Source of the DNA: Chrysochromulina tobinii
Taxonomy: Eukaryota
DNA length: 54,585 bases
Direction: 5' to 3'
NCBI GenBank assembly: GCA_001275005.1
Contig: JWZX01002887.1
Location: 1 to 54,585 of the forward strand
Shown: in pieces, positions 1-9,674 of the stretch
How the letters are laid out: each line of letters begins with the position of its first letter
Numbering within the stretch: the stretch's first letter is position 1
Translations under genes and position numbers: made by a program
Notes under the pieces: generated by a model
The model's input: only the letters and a program-made list of their open reading frames with translations
Database searches by the model: none
Told to the model about the DNA's origin: nothing

Positions 1-135
1 CGCTCTCCCCGTCAACTTTGACGTGGCCGAGTCGATCGCACGGCCAACAAGGGGCTGCGGCGTTCAGTGGAACCCACAGTGTCAAGCGCGGTAGGTGTCC
101 TTTGTCCAAATTTGGAAAGAGTTTGGGGCGCGAGG

Positions 136-1749
136 ATGGCGTCACCAGCGACTTCGCTCTCAGTCCTAGGCTTGTCGCTCCTGCTGATCAGCGGCTGCGG
201 GTACTTGTACATCACGTGCGGTGCTGCCGCTGACACTTTATCAGGTACTGCCTCTGCTTCATGGGCGAGCAATGGCATCTCAGAGAGCTCGAGCGGCACG
301 CTCTTCCGCGCGGTGCGCGTGCGCACCTATTCTGACGCGCGCTTGTTCGCCGCGTGGAAGCCGCCGCTGCAGTCGCCCGCGCCCGCCCGAAGCCGTTGCA
401 AAAACTGGGCCGTCACCACCACCATCTTTGCGCCGACGACCACCGTAAAGCGGATTGCGGCGCTGGAAGACTGGTGCCTGGTGATCGCGGGCGACAAGAA
501 GAGCCCGCGCGAGTACAACGTAAGTGGAAAGCACGCGTATTATCTCTCGCCAGAGGCGCAGGAGCAGCTGCCCTTTGCGACGCGCAAGCTGCTGCGATGG
601 AACCACTTCGGCCGCAAAAATCTCGGCTTCTTGTATGCGATCCAGCAAGGGGCACGGTGGGTATACGACACCGACGACGACAATGAGCTGCAGAACCTCG
701 TGCCCGGCATCCCTATCCCACGGGGGGGTACGCCTGTCGAGGAGGTCGACACTGCGCAGCCGCTGTACAATCTCTACCCGCAGATGTCGACAAACCCGCA
801 CGCCTGGCCTCGGGGCTTTCCCCTCGAGGCCGTGAAGGACAACCGCACGTTCACAGCAGCTTTCACGCCGCGGGCGTGGACGGCGCGCCGCCTCGGCGTC
901 ATCCAGTCCTTGGCCGACAACGACCCCGACGTTGATGGCATCTACCGGCTCACGCAGCCTCTTCCATTCAGCTTCCCAGCAGCGGCCGCCGTGGCCACCG
1001 CGACTGCCATCCCGCCGGCCGCCGCTGCTGGTCGCCGGTTGCGTGAGGCGGTGCCGCGCGAGGCCGGCAGCGACGGCGGCGCCCGGGCCGAGGTGCGACG
1101 ACGGCGAGCTGCGGCGGCGACTGGCCGTGCACTTGGGGGGGCGGCGAAGGGCAGCGGCAAGGCTGGGGGCGGTGGCAAGGGCGGTGGCAAGGGCGGCGGC
1201 GGCGGCGGCGCTAACAAGCTCGCTGGCAAAGGTGGGGCACACCATCAGGGCGCAGCGCACCACTACCCATACAGGCTCATCTCGCTACGAGCGGGCACAT
1301 TCATGCCGTACAACGCGCAGGCGACCTTGCATGGATATGACTCGTTGTGGGGGCTGCTGCTCCCCTGCACCGTGCACGGGCGTGTCACGGATATCTGGCG
1401 CGCCTACTTTACACAGCGGCTGCTTTGGGACATTGGCTCTCGAATTGCCTTCTCGACGCCGTGGGTGACGCAGTACCGCAACGTGCACAGCTACCTCGCC
1501 GACTTCAACTCGGAACTCCCGCTCTACCAGCAGTCTGGCGAGCTCGTGCGCGTGCTGCGCGAGTGGCGCCCGAGCGCTCCGTCGCTTCCGGGCCGCATCG
1601 AGGAGCTCTATGTGCTCATGTACGAAATGGGCATCCTCGGCCACAACGACGTCAAGCTCGCGCAGGCGTGGCTCCTCGACCTCGAGAAGGCCGGCTACAG
1701 GTTCCCGGCGATTGTGCCGTCTGCCGTCGGGCGGGTGGAGAAGAGCTGA
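136..1749 (+). CDS. STELLO-like (DUF288) Golgi glycosyltransferase-family protein
   Basis: First ATG at 136 within ORF 67..1749. N-terminal signal anchor; motifs WAVTTTI, WCLVIAGDKKSP, NHFGRKNLGFLYAIQQGA.WVYDTDDDN, WPRGFPL, IQSLADNDPDVDGIYRLT, PYNAQATL, GRVTDIWRAY, RNVHSYLADFNSE are typical of STELLO proteins. Confidence 0.88.
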   Translation: MASPATSLSVLGLSLLLISGCGYLYITCGAAADTLSGTASASWASNGISESSSGTLFRAVRVRTYSDARLFAAWKPPLQSPAPARSRCKNWAVTTTIFAPTTTVKRIAALEDWCLVIAGDKKSPREYNVSGKHAYYLSPEAQEQLPFATRKLLRWNHFGRKNLGFLYAIQQGARWVYDTDDDNELQNLVPGIPIPRGGTPVEEVDTAQPLYNLYPQMSTNPHAWPRGFPLEAVKDNRTFTAAFTPRAWTARRLGVIQSLADNDPDVDGIYRLTQPLPFSFPAAAAVATATAIPPAAAAGRRLREAVPREAGSDGGARAEVRRRRAAAATGRALGGAAKGSGKAGGGGKGGGKGGGGGGANKLAGKGGAHHQGAAHHYPYRLISLRAGTFMPYNAQATLHGYDSLWGLLLPCTVHGRVTDIWRAYFTQRLLWDIGSRIAFSTPWVTQYRNVHSYLADFNSELPLYQQSGELVRVLREWRPSAPSLPGRIEELYVLMYEMGILGHNDVKLAQAWLLDLEKAGYRFPAIVPSAVGRVEKS

Positions 1750-2332
1750 GCCAAAAATGGGTCGTTGCGAGTGCAAGGAGCTGGTGAATGCGGGCGGCAG
1801 GGTGCTGGTTTGGCCTTGTGCAAGACAATGTACACTGAAGGGTCGGGTGGGCTACGATGTAGTACCGTCGACGGGCGTACGGCTTGACATGATTACGTGC
1901 ATGAGCATGCATTTGCGGTGGAGTGCGCGACCATCCTGCACGGACAGCATCTCAATTGCGGAAAGCCCCGTGGTCGGACCGTGGTGGAGGTGTGGTCGGG
2001 CGTCCGGCTGGCCCGGGGGAGGCGGTTCGCTGGACGCTGCTGGCCCCGGGAGCCCCGGGTTCTATGTGGCCGTGACCCGTGTCGGCTGTCCGGGACTCCG
2101 GGGGGTGCGTGACTTGTATCTGTGCGCGGCGTACCGGCTACCGCGAGACGCCGCGTCTCTCGTACGCACCGTTTCGCGCCGTTTGACATTTTCGATTTTG
2201 CTTATAACAACTTGTAAAAATCGATAATTAGCGTCACACCTATACGTGTGGCTATGGCGTATGCGACTATGGGTGCGGTGGCCCTCTTGGCTAATAATTG
2301 GCTACGAACTGGTGCATGCACCAACGTCTACT

Positions 2333-4942
2333 CTAAGTTTTCTTTTCAACTGCAACGACGGTCGTGCTGTGCTTGGACTTGCGTCGCCGGCTCGGGGCTT
2401 CCTCACGATGGTGGTGGCCATGCCTGTTGGCTGCGGCGCCTGCCATCGTCATGCCGCCCGCAGGCGCGTCCTGTCCCGGGCCGCCAGTCTCACCGCCATT
2501 CTCACCGCCAGTCGGGCTTGGCGAGAATCGGGCGTGCTCGGGTGAGAGCTCCCTCAGAGGATCGTCCGGGTCGAAGTGAATGCCCTTGGCCCGCATCGCA
2601 TGTGCGAGGGCAAAGTTCTCGTCGCGTAACGTCTCGATGGCCGAGCGCACGGTGTCGACGTCGTTGGCGAGCGTGGCATGCTCGTCTGAGAGTCGTAAGT
2701 AGAGCAGCTTGAGGCTGTGCGTAAGCATCCGGGTCTCTGAGACAGCTTTGGGCTCGGCCATCTCAGCAATCTTGTTGTAGGCCTCCACCGCCTCAACGAG
2801 CGGATTGGAAAATTGTGCGCCTCCTGTCGCGAGATTCTTCGCGGAAGCCCCTTCCGTGCCTGTGCCGCTGGCGCTTGAGTAGCTGCCAGCCGCACCAACG
2901 GCCACAGCCGCACCAGCGGCCGCAGCCGCGTTTTTGACCTCGCGCAGCTGCCCGTTGACAATCTCGTACGCGCCCTTCGCCTCAACGCGATTCGGCGATC
3001 CGGCGCGCTCGGACGTTCCGCGACGCCCGGCGAAGTCGGATATCTGGACATTGTGGAGCGCCTGTCTTGCCTTGGACGACAGTTCCTGGAAGCGTCGAAA
3101 GTTCTTCCATGAAAGTCTCTCCTTGAGCCGGTGCAGAAACTCTTCAGCTAGAGCGTCGTCTGAGGGCGTTTGTTGGAAGCAGCCTTGCAAGATGGCGACA
3201 GCCATGTTTAGGATGTTCAGGTACACGACGAAGACGAAGAGGCCGATGAGGACCATCGCGAGATCACGGTTGAGCAGCAGCAGCGGGCCGACGTCGATGT
3301 CGCCCATGATGAAACGGACGAGCGTGATCATCGAGTGGCTCACAGTTCGAAATTCGCGCCGATCCTTACCGAAGGCCAAATGGAAGGCCATAGCAAAGGC
3401 TAAGATGAAGATGAGGGTGACCAGCAAAAACCCGGCCATGTCTTGGCGCGCGCGCGCCATGGCGCGCGCGGTGCGCCGGATGTACGGGATCTGCTCGATC
3501 TCACGGAAGATAAGAGCGTACACGAGGAGAGTCTCGATGGAGAGGAGCGTAGTATCGTAATCGAATATGTCGGCCGCCTCGATGAGCTGCGGGTAGTGTG
3601 TGTTCGGCTCGAAAGGCGCAAGCTGACCGAAGCTCTGCATGATAGACCGCACGCGGTAGCGTATCGAGAGGATTGCCCAGAAGATGCAGATGATTGCCCA
3701 GTCATGCACCTTCCAGCCGTCGTTCAGCACGTACCGGATCCAGGCGATAGGGTTGTGGCCTGCGTGGTACCACATATGCCGAAGGCACGCAGCCAGCAGA
3801 CACGTCATGTACGCGATCATGAGCGCGTCGGCCATCTCCTGCATGGGTCCGTACTCGCCCTCGTACGGCAGCAGGCGTGCGACGCGGAAGGAAGACGATG
3901 GGAGGACGCCGCCCGTCTCGAGGAACTCAAAGGTGAGACGCACGACGCAGAACGAGTTGATCTGCGCATTGTACAGCGCGAAGTCGACCACGAGGCAGCG
4001 CGTCTCTGCGGCGGAGAGGAAGCCATCCGTCTGGAGCTGGCTGATAAACTCTTCAGCGTGCAGCGCGCGCGCGGGAAGGTCGGCTATGTAGCCGCCGCTT
4101 TCATAGGTGTGCACCAGTCCCACGACGGGGAACGCGAACGCATCGTTGTACCGGTACACCCGGCGCAGTCCGCCGCCCAGATTGGCGCCATACAGAGGCG
4201 CGCGCCGGCGCGCGCCGTCGGCGAGCGCGGGGTAGCACGTAGGCACGAGGTACGCCAGCAGGTCGATGCGGCACGAGTTGGTCGCCACCCGGATCTGACG
4301 AAGCCGTGGTGCGCCGACGAGCCGCGACTGAGTGTTGACCCAGCCGACGTCGAAGCTGCCCGTGGCGCGCGAGACCTGCTCGCCGAAGAGGCCGTCCAGA
4401 AAGGGCCCTTGCAGGAACTGGTACACGGCTCTCGTTGAGACGACGTCGTTGAACGTCTGAAGCACCTCCGTGTCCTCCACGTGGAACTCAGTGTCGATGA
4501 ATTTCTTGCGCACGAGCTTGCGGTACGCGAACGAAAAATCCGAGTCGCGCGAGTTTGCCAGCCACCACGTGAAGATGGAGATGAAGCATATGTTAGCGAC
4601 TAACCTCACCTGCGTCGGCCTCGGAGCGCTCTTGCGCAACGCACGGTAACAGCGTTTCACCCTCTCCGGCACAAAGTGCTCGAGACGCAGATCGACGACT
4701 GGCATATGTAGACCCTGTGTCTGCACGCCCGGTTGTGTGCTGCCCGCCTTGGCGACTTTCGCCGCCTTGCCGGATATCGCTGCCTGCTGCTCCTCAGCTG
4801 CCCGTGCCTTCGTTCGCAAGGCGGCGACAGTTTTCATCGCTGATGCACCCAAGGCGTCTTCATCGTCGTCGGTTGGAAGGGCAGGGCCGACCGTGGATCG
4901 CAATTCGGCGACGTTTTGTCGCCGGTAGATAGATTTTTGCAT
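2333..4942 (-). CDS. PKD2: Polycystin-2 (TRPP/PKD2-like) cation channel
   Basis: 869-aa ORF with TOP-domain motifs LVGAPRLRQIRV..NSC, YESGGYIADLP, TRCLVVDFALYNAQINSFCVVRLTFEF..TGG; six hydrophobic segments; pore region AFHLAFG...FRTVSHSMITLVRFIMGD; LNMAVAIL; C-terminal coiled coil. Confidence 0.9.
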   Translation of the reverse strand: MQKSIYRRQNVAELRSTVGPALPTDDDEDALGASAMKTVAALRTKARAAEEQQAAISGKAAKVAKAGSTQPGVQTQGLHMPVVDLRLEHFVPERVKRCYRALRKSAPRPTQVRLVANICFISIFTWWLANSRDSDFSFAYRKLVRKKFIDTEFHVEDTEVLQTFNDVVSTRAVYQFLQGPFLDGLFGEQVSRATGSFDVGWVNTQSRLVGAPRLRQIRVATNSCRIDLLAYLVPTCYPALADGARRRAPLYGANLGGGLRRVYRYNDAFAFPVVGLVHTYESGGYIADLPARALHAEEFISQLQTDGFLSAAETRCLVVDFALYNAQINSFCVVRLTFEFLETGGVLPSSSFRVARLLPYEGEYGPMQEMADALMIAYMTCLLAACLRHMWYHAGHNPIAWIRYVLNDGWKVHDWAIICIFWAILSIRYRVRSIMQSFGQLAPFEPNTHYPQLIEAADIFDYDTTLLSIETLLVYALIFREIEQIPYIRRTARAMARARQDMAGFLLVTLIFILAFAMAFHLAFGKDRREFRTVSHSMITLVRFIMGDIDVGPLLLLNRDLAMVLIGLFVFVVYLNILNMAVAILQGCFQQTPSDDALAEEFLHRLKERLSWKNFRRFQELSSKARQALHNVQISDFAGRRGTSERAGSPNRVEAKGAYEIVNGQLREVKNAAAAAGAAVAVGAAGSYSSASGTGTEGASAKNLATGGAQFSNPLVEAVEAYNKIAEMAEPKAVSETRMLTHSLKLLYLRLSDEHATLANDVDTVRSAIETLRDENFALAHAMRAKGIHFDPDDPLRELSPEHARFSPSPTGGENGGETGGPGQDAPAGGMTMAGAAANRHGHHHREEAPSRRRKSKHSTTVVAVEKKT

Positions 4943-5095
4943 GGGAAAAACACGTCCAACGCTGCGGAATTGCGAGTAGGAACCTACCGGTGTGGTTTTT
5001 CGTCCTTGCTGACATGTATCGTACTTCCTGCGGAATTATTGGTTATGTTTCGTTGCCTCTCTAATCGACGCTGGGCCATAACCGTCTGTACGTCG

Positions 5096-7124
5096 TCAGC
5101 GTGTCGTAGTCCCGTTCGGAGCAAGAGGGCCAACCAATGGAAACGCCATCGTGCATGTGCCGTCGAGCAGGCCCCTCGTCGCGGCTACATCGGGGGCATG
5201 AAACCCGTCCCCTCGGGCCCCATCATTTGCATGCAGCACCCGTGTGAACTTGCACCCGCCAATGTCAAGGAAGGAGAGGAGCTCATTGAACTTGGCGACG
5301 CTGAACTCCTCCAGGGGCAAGTCGAACACGTTCGGGTACGAGCTGGTCGCCTCGAACATGTGGGCGGTTTGTTGCTGCAAAAACTCACGTTCAGCCAGCG
5401 GTTGGGGTGCATGGGACGTCCTGTTGGTAACGTCCTGCTGGTCGCGTCGGTAGCGTCCTATTGAGCGCGCAATCGAGCTGACCTGGTTGCCGACGTTGCG
5501 ACGGAAGCTTCGGAGGATTCGAAGTTTGGGTCCGAACAACGCAAGCGTTTGGTTTAACGGCCCCAGACAGCCCACCAAGTCCTTGAACCCAACATAATGC
5601 CGGCTTGGCGTCGACGGCATCATGTCGCGGAGCCAGCCGCACATGTGCTGCTTCAGCCGGCCGGTTTGCGGCACGGCGTATCGCGATTGGCCAAACGCAC
5701 CCCTCACGTGCTCCGAGATGGACAGCTGATACGTCGAGAACAGCCTGCCGAAACCAGTCGGCGGTCGATAGGGATAGAGGCGATTGCAAGAGGCAAGTAG
5801 GGGCCATTCGAGGCGGTTCGAGGCATTCATTCGCAATCAAAGGCAACAATGGATTGCAGGCCATTCGAGGCGGTTCGAGGCGGTTCGAGGCGGTTCGAGG
5901 CAATCAGTCGCCATCGATTGCAGTCTCACCTGCCGAGGACGCTCCGCGAAGAACAGCCCAGTTCCAGAGGGTCGGACGGCTCCGGCGAGATCGTGAGCTC
6001 GCCCGAGAGAGATACAAAGGGGACCGCATTCAGCATGTCCAAGATGGTCGTCGACCCTGATCGGCTTGTTGAGATAATGATCAACCAATGCTGATCACAT
6101 CCCCGAGATGCCATGGCAGGCGCGTTTCTCGCGGGATCCATCGGCGTACCACGCACCTGTGGGGAAGACATGGCGCCGTGGTGAGCACTAGCATGCCCTC
6201 GCAGGATCCAATTGGCGTACAGGTAGGCGTAGCACGTACCGGGGCAAGAGGGCCGAGGCGATGGATCGGTGGCAGCGGCGGCGGCAGCAGAGATGGGGTC
6301 GGTGCTGCGGCGGCCAAGGGCGTCAGCGTCGATGGGCTGCGTGGGGGTGGCGAGATCGACGAAGGCGACCGCATGGAGCAGACGCCATCCAGCAGACCTC
6401 TCGTCGCACCTTCGCCCGGCCCAGCATACCCGTCCCCTCGGGCTCCATCATTTGCATGCAGCACCCGTGTGAACTTGCACCCGCCAATGTCGAGGAAGGA
6501 GAGGAGCTCATTGAACTTGGCGACGCTGAACTCCTCCAGAGGCAAGTCGAAGACGTTCGGGTACGAGCTGGTCGCCCGAAACATTTCCGCCGTGTGCCTC
6601 TGCAGCAATGTACTGGCACCCTTGATCGTTTTCCAGAAGGCCGAGTTCAATTGCTTGGCGACGTTGCGCCGGAAGCTTCGGATGATTCGCACATTGGGTC
6701 CCAGCAGCGCGAGTGTCTGATCCAACGGCTCGATGCAATGGACTATCTCCTTGAAGCCAAAGTAATGCCGGCTTGGATGTGACGGCATCATGTCGCGCAG
6801 CCAGCCGCACATGTGATGCTTCAGGCGCGCCGCTTGTGGCACCGCGTATCGCGCCGTGCCATAGGAACCGGTCAGACCTGGAGAGAGCGACAGATCATAG
6901 GTCGAGAAGAGTCTGCCGATCACGCTCCGTGGAGCGCAGTCTGCACGCGGGTCGGAGAGCCTCAGGCCAAGCGAATGATCCTCAGTCTCGGGTGAAATCG
7001 CGAGCTCTCCTGAGAGCGAGATGAAGGGCACCGTGTTGAGCATGTCAAGGATCGTCGTCGAGCCCGCTCGGCCTGCGGAGATCACCACGAGCCAGTTCGT
7101 ATCGCACCATAGTGGAGCATCCAT
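5096..7124 (-). CDS. Protein with two tandem P-loop sulfotransferase-like domains; 3 exons (7124-6240, 6156-5930, 5744-5096)
   Basis: Domain 1 WLVVISAGRAGSTTILDMLNTVPFISLSGE and domain 2 WLIIISTSRSGSTTILDMLNAVPFVSLSGE resemble the 5'-PAPS-binding loop. Both have (F/V)GFK(E/D) and a nearly identical ATSSYPNVFDLPLEEFSVAKFNELLSFLDIGGCKFTRVLHANDG. GT-AG introns 6239-6157 (phase 0) and 5929-5745 (phase 2) join three ORF-track fragments in frame. Confidence 0.75.
5745..5929 (-). other. 185-nt GT-AG intron with 8-nt junction direct repeat and internal (CCTCGAACCG)n repeats
   Basis: Donor TCGGCAG|GTGAGA, acceptor TTTCGGCAG|G. Removal restores SVLGRLFSTY, matching SVIGRLFSTY in the intron-less paralogous domain. 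Confidence 0.85.
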
Positions 7125-7278
7125 TGTGTGGAGATGAGCGTGTCACAATCGAATGATTGAATGCGCAATGAGTTTAGAAAAGCGAACTTATCCGAAAAGG
7201 TAGCGGGAAGCCAGTTTCGTCGCGGTCCACCGGCCCGTGTGTCGTTGTGTAGCGTGCGAACATCAGTACGTATGCAGG

Positions 7279-8029
7279 CTACAGCTCAGCGTCCTTGACG
7301 GTGGGCCCACCCTTCTCCTCGCGCTTCGGCAGTGCGATCCTCTCCTTCAGCCGCCATCGCGGCGGTTCGGGCGGCGATGCAATGCATCGCTCGAAGACCC
7401 ACCAGTCGAGCGTCTGATGGGGTGCGTCCTTGCTACCAAGGCCGCCGATCCTGGCACCCTTCTTATCTGAGATCGTCCAGACAAGCTTGGCGTCGAGAGA
7501 GCACGTGACCTGCGCAAATTGGCGCTCGGGCAGACTCGCATTGTGTCCGATGCGAACCTGCACGACTGACGTGGCGACGTCGAGGGTCGTCCATTTGTGG
7601 CGCTGGCCAGCAGGCCGCTCGCGCAGGCTTGCAGCCATGGTTGCAAAGCAGCTCGGTGTGGTTAGCTGACGCAGTTTTGCCTCATCGGCAGCGGCCAGTG
7701 CGGCGCCGACCCCAGCATAGATCTCCGCGGCTTCCTCCTTAAATGTGGGCACCGTGAATCCTACCTCCTGTCGCGCACAGAGCTGGGCGTCAGTGCACTT
7801 GCTCTCTCACCTGGAGCTCATGCGGATTTGAGAGCTGCCGTACCGAGCGAAGTTTGACCACTGCGAGCGTCGAGCTTGAGAAGGAGAGCCACCCGCGATA
7901 GTAGGAGTCGGCAGGCTTGTACCGCTCCAATACGGTGCCCAACTCGAACGCACCACCCGGACTTGCAGCAAGCCATCGGCGCTGCTCCCGGAGCACGCGA
8001 AACATAGAAATGGGAAGGCGACGCGCCAT
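7279..8029 (-). CDS. MRPL45: Tim44-domain mitochondrial ribosomal protein mL45/Mba1-like; 2 exons (8029-7811, 7767-7279)
   Basis: Arg-rich mitochondrial-type presequence. A 43-nt GT-AG intron (7810-7768) joins HELQ|EVGF in frame. Tim44-like pattern FKEEAAEIY...DEAKLRQLTTPSCF...VVQVR...FAQVTC...WVFER...WRL. Confidence 0.75.
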
Positions 8030-8403
8030 GTTGGGCGCCTACCTGAAAATGGACTAGTTTTCGATATATGACTTGAGGAACTGCATGGGGAAACGGTGGT
8101 GGTACCGCACACTTCTTAAGAAGCGCCCCGCCACGATTGCTCACCCGTGGGAACGGGGTTCGTGTCTGGTGCCGCGCCGTTCCGCACGTCACCTCTGACA
8201 GAGGGGACGACGATGGACATGGTGATGGGGAGTTGTGGACGGCCGCGAGCGCAATGCAAGAGACAAGTCGATCAGAACTAGACTGACCCGTGCTCGAAGC
8301 CATCGCGCACTCACACGTCCGCGCATGCCTGCCTGACTTCCTCGGCTCGTACATGTCTCGAGGCATCCTGTCACAAGCACTTGCCTCAAATCTTGAGGCG
8401 TGC

Positions 8404-9060
8404 TCAATTGAACCCGGCTTGAGTCGACCATCTGAACCCTTTGGGTGGAACCATCTTGGGCGGGAAAAAGCGGCGCTTCTGCATGACGAGCGTTCTCAGA
8501 AGCAAGTAGCTCAGGAAGCCCACTGGCCCCATGAACGCAGTTGCCACGATGCAAGGCACGCAGAACGCGTGCGGTACCCTCACTCGCTTCGCGTCGAGGA
8601 CAATAGCAAGACCGACGAGCGGGTCGAAGGTGCAATAGTGCAGCCAGCCAGCGAAGGCGCCGTCGGGCAGCATCTGCATCTTCATGATCCCTTCGAGTGA
8701 GGAGAAGCTGACGGAGGTACCTGGCACCGGGTTCTGGATCATGTGCAGCATTACATTGCCATAGAGGAGCGAGTGCACGGTAGGAGCAATGAGTGCCAGG
8801 ACTGGCGTCAATTTCCAACGAGGCAGAAGCAAGTACAGCAGCCACGATAGGAGCGCGAGGTTCTGCACGGGAAAGAGCTGGCTCGACGTTTTGCCAAAGA
8901 GGAGGAATGGAACCGTGGCCGCTTTTGCAATGTTTTCAACCTCTGGGTGGCGAGCCAATGTCGGAAGACGCGCGCGAGCAGGCGTAACGAGACGCGGAGC
9001 AACTTGGAACGCCTCTATTGTAAGGCAGAGGAGGCCGAGGCAGAGCAGCCTCTTCATCAT
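8404..9060 (-). CDS. ABA4: ABA4/DUF4281 family (neoxanthin-biosynthesis-like) membrane protein, predicted plastid-targeted
   Basis: ATG at 9060 (MMKRLLCLGLLCLTIEA-FQVAP: signal peptide followed by an F-initiated transit peptide). Motifs FSSLEGI, AGWLHYCTFDPLVG, LDAKR..VPH, MGPVGFLSYLLLR. Confidence 0.8.
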   Translation of the reverse strand: MMKRLLCLGLLCLTIEAFQVAPRLVTPARARLPTLARHPEVENIAKAATVPFLLFGKTSSQLFPVQNLALLSWLLYLLLPRWKLTPVLALIAPTVHSLLYGNVMLHMIQNPVPGTSVSFSSLEGIMKMQMLPDGAFAGWLHYCTFDPLVGLAIVLDAKRVRVPHAFCVPCIVATAFMGPVGFLSYLLLRTLVMQKRRFFPPKMVPPKGFRWSTQAGFN

Positions 9061-9543
9061 CGTTTCGTCCGAGTGGAACTGACTAACCGGTAAAAAGACA
9101 CCGGGGGGAGCCGGGACACACACGACACACACACGGGACACGCGGACGCACAAAGGCACACGGACCACACAGACGAACCTCACAACCATCCAGACCCACC
9201 AACAACACACACAACCCGCACGTCAGCGAGACGACCGAAGCCGCTGCCGACTCAAGAGCCGCAGGCCCGGAGTCGACCGCCCCCCGCGGCCGACTCAGAA
9301 GAGGCCACCCCCAGCGAACCCGACCCTGCCTCCACCCGCTCCCAGAGCGCCTCCCCGCGCCTGCTCGAAGGCGGTCGGCGTACATAAGAAATTCAGACAA
9401 CGCGAACAGTTCATAGGCCGCGCAGGGCGCAGTCGCCTCACTTTTCGCAGCGGCAGACACTTTCTAGATAAAGTACCTGGGTCCGCGCACGTCAATATGA
9501 ATACCGTTACCATTAACGAAACAGGACGACTGGCTGAAACTTC

Positions 9544-9602
9544 CGTCGACGCCGCACCGTCGACGGCTTCCGTCGTGCGTCGACGCCGCACCGTCGACGG
9601 CT
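9544..9602. repeat. Two copies of a 25-nt unit CGTCGACGCCGCACCGTCGACGGCT containing palindromes
   Basis: Copies at 9544-9568 and 9578-9602, in the intergenic region upstream of the esterase. Confidence 0.8.
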
Positions 9603-9674
9603 AGGGCGCTTGTGTGTGGCTCGTTTGCGATTTTTCCCCCGACGCACTCACTTCCGCGGAACGTGTGAGTGATA

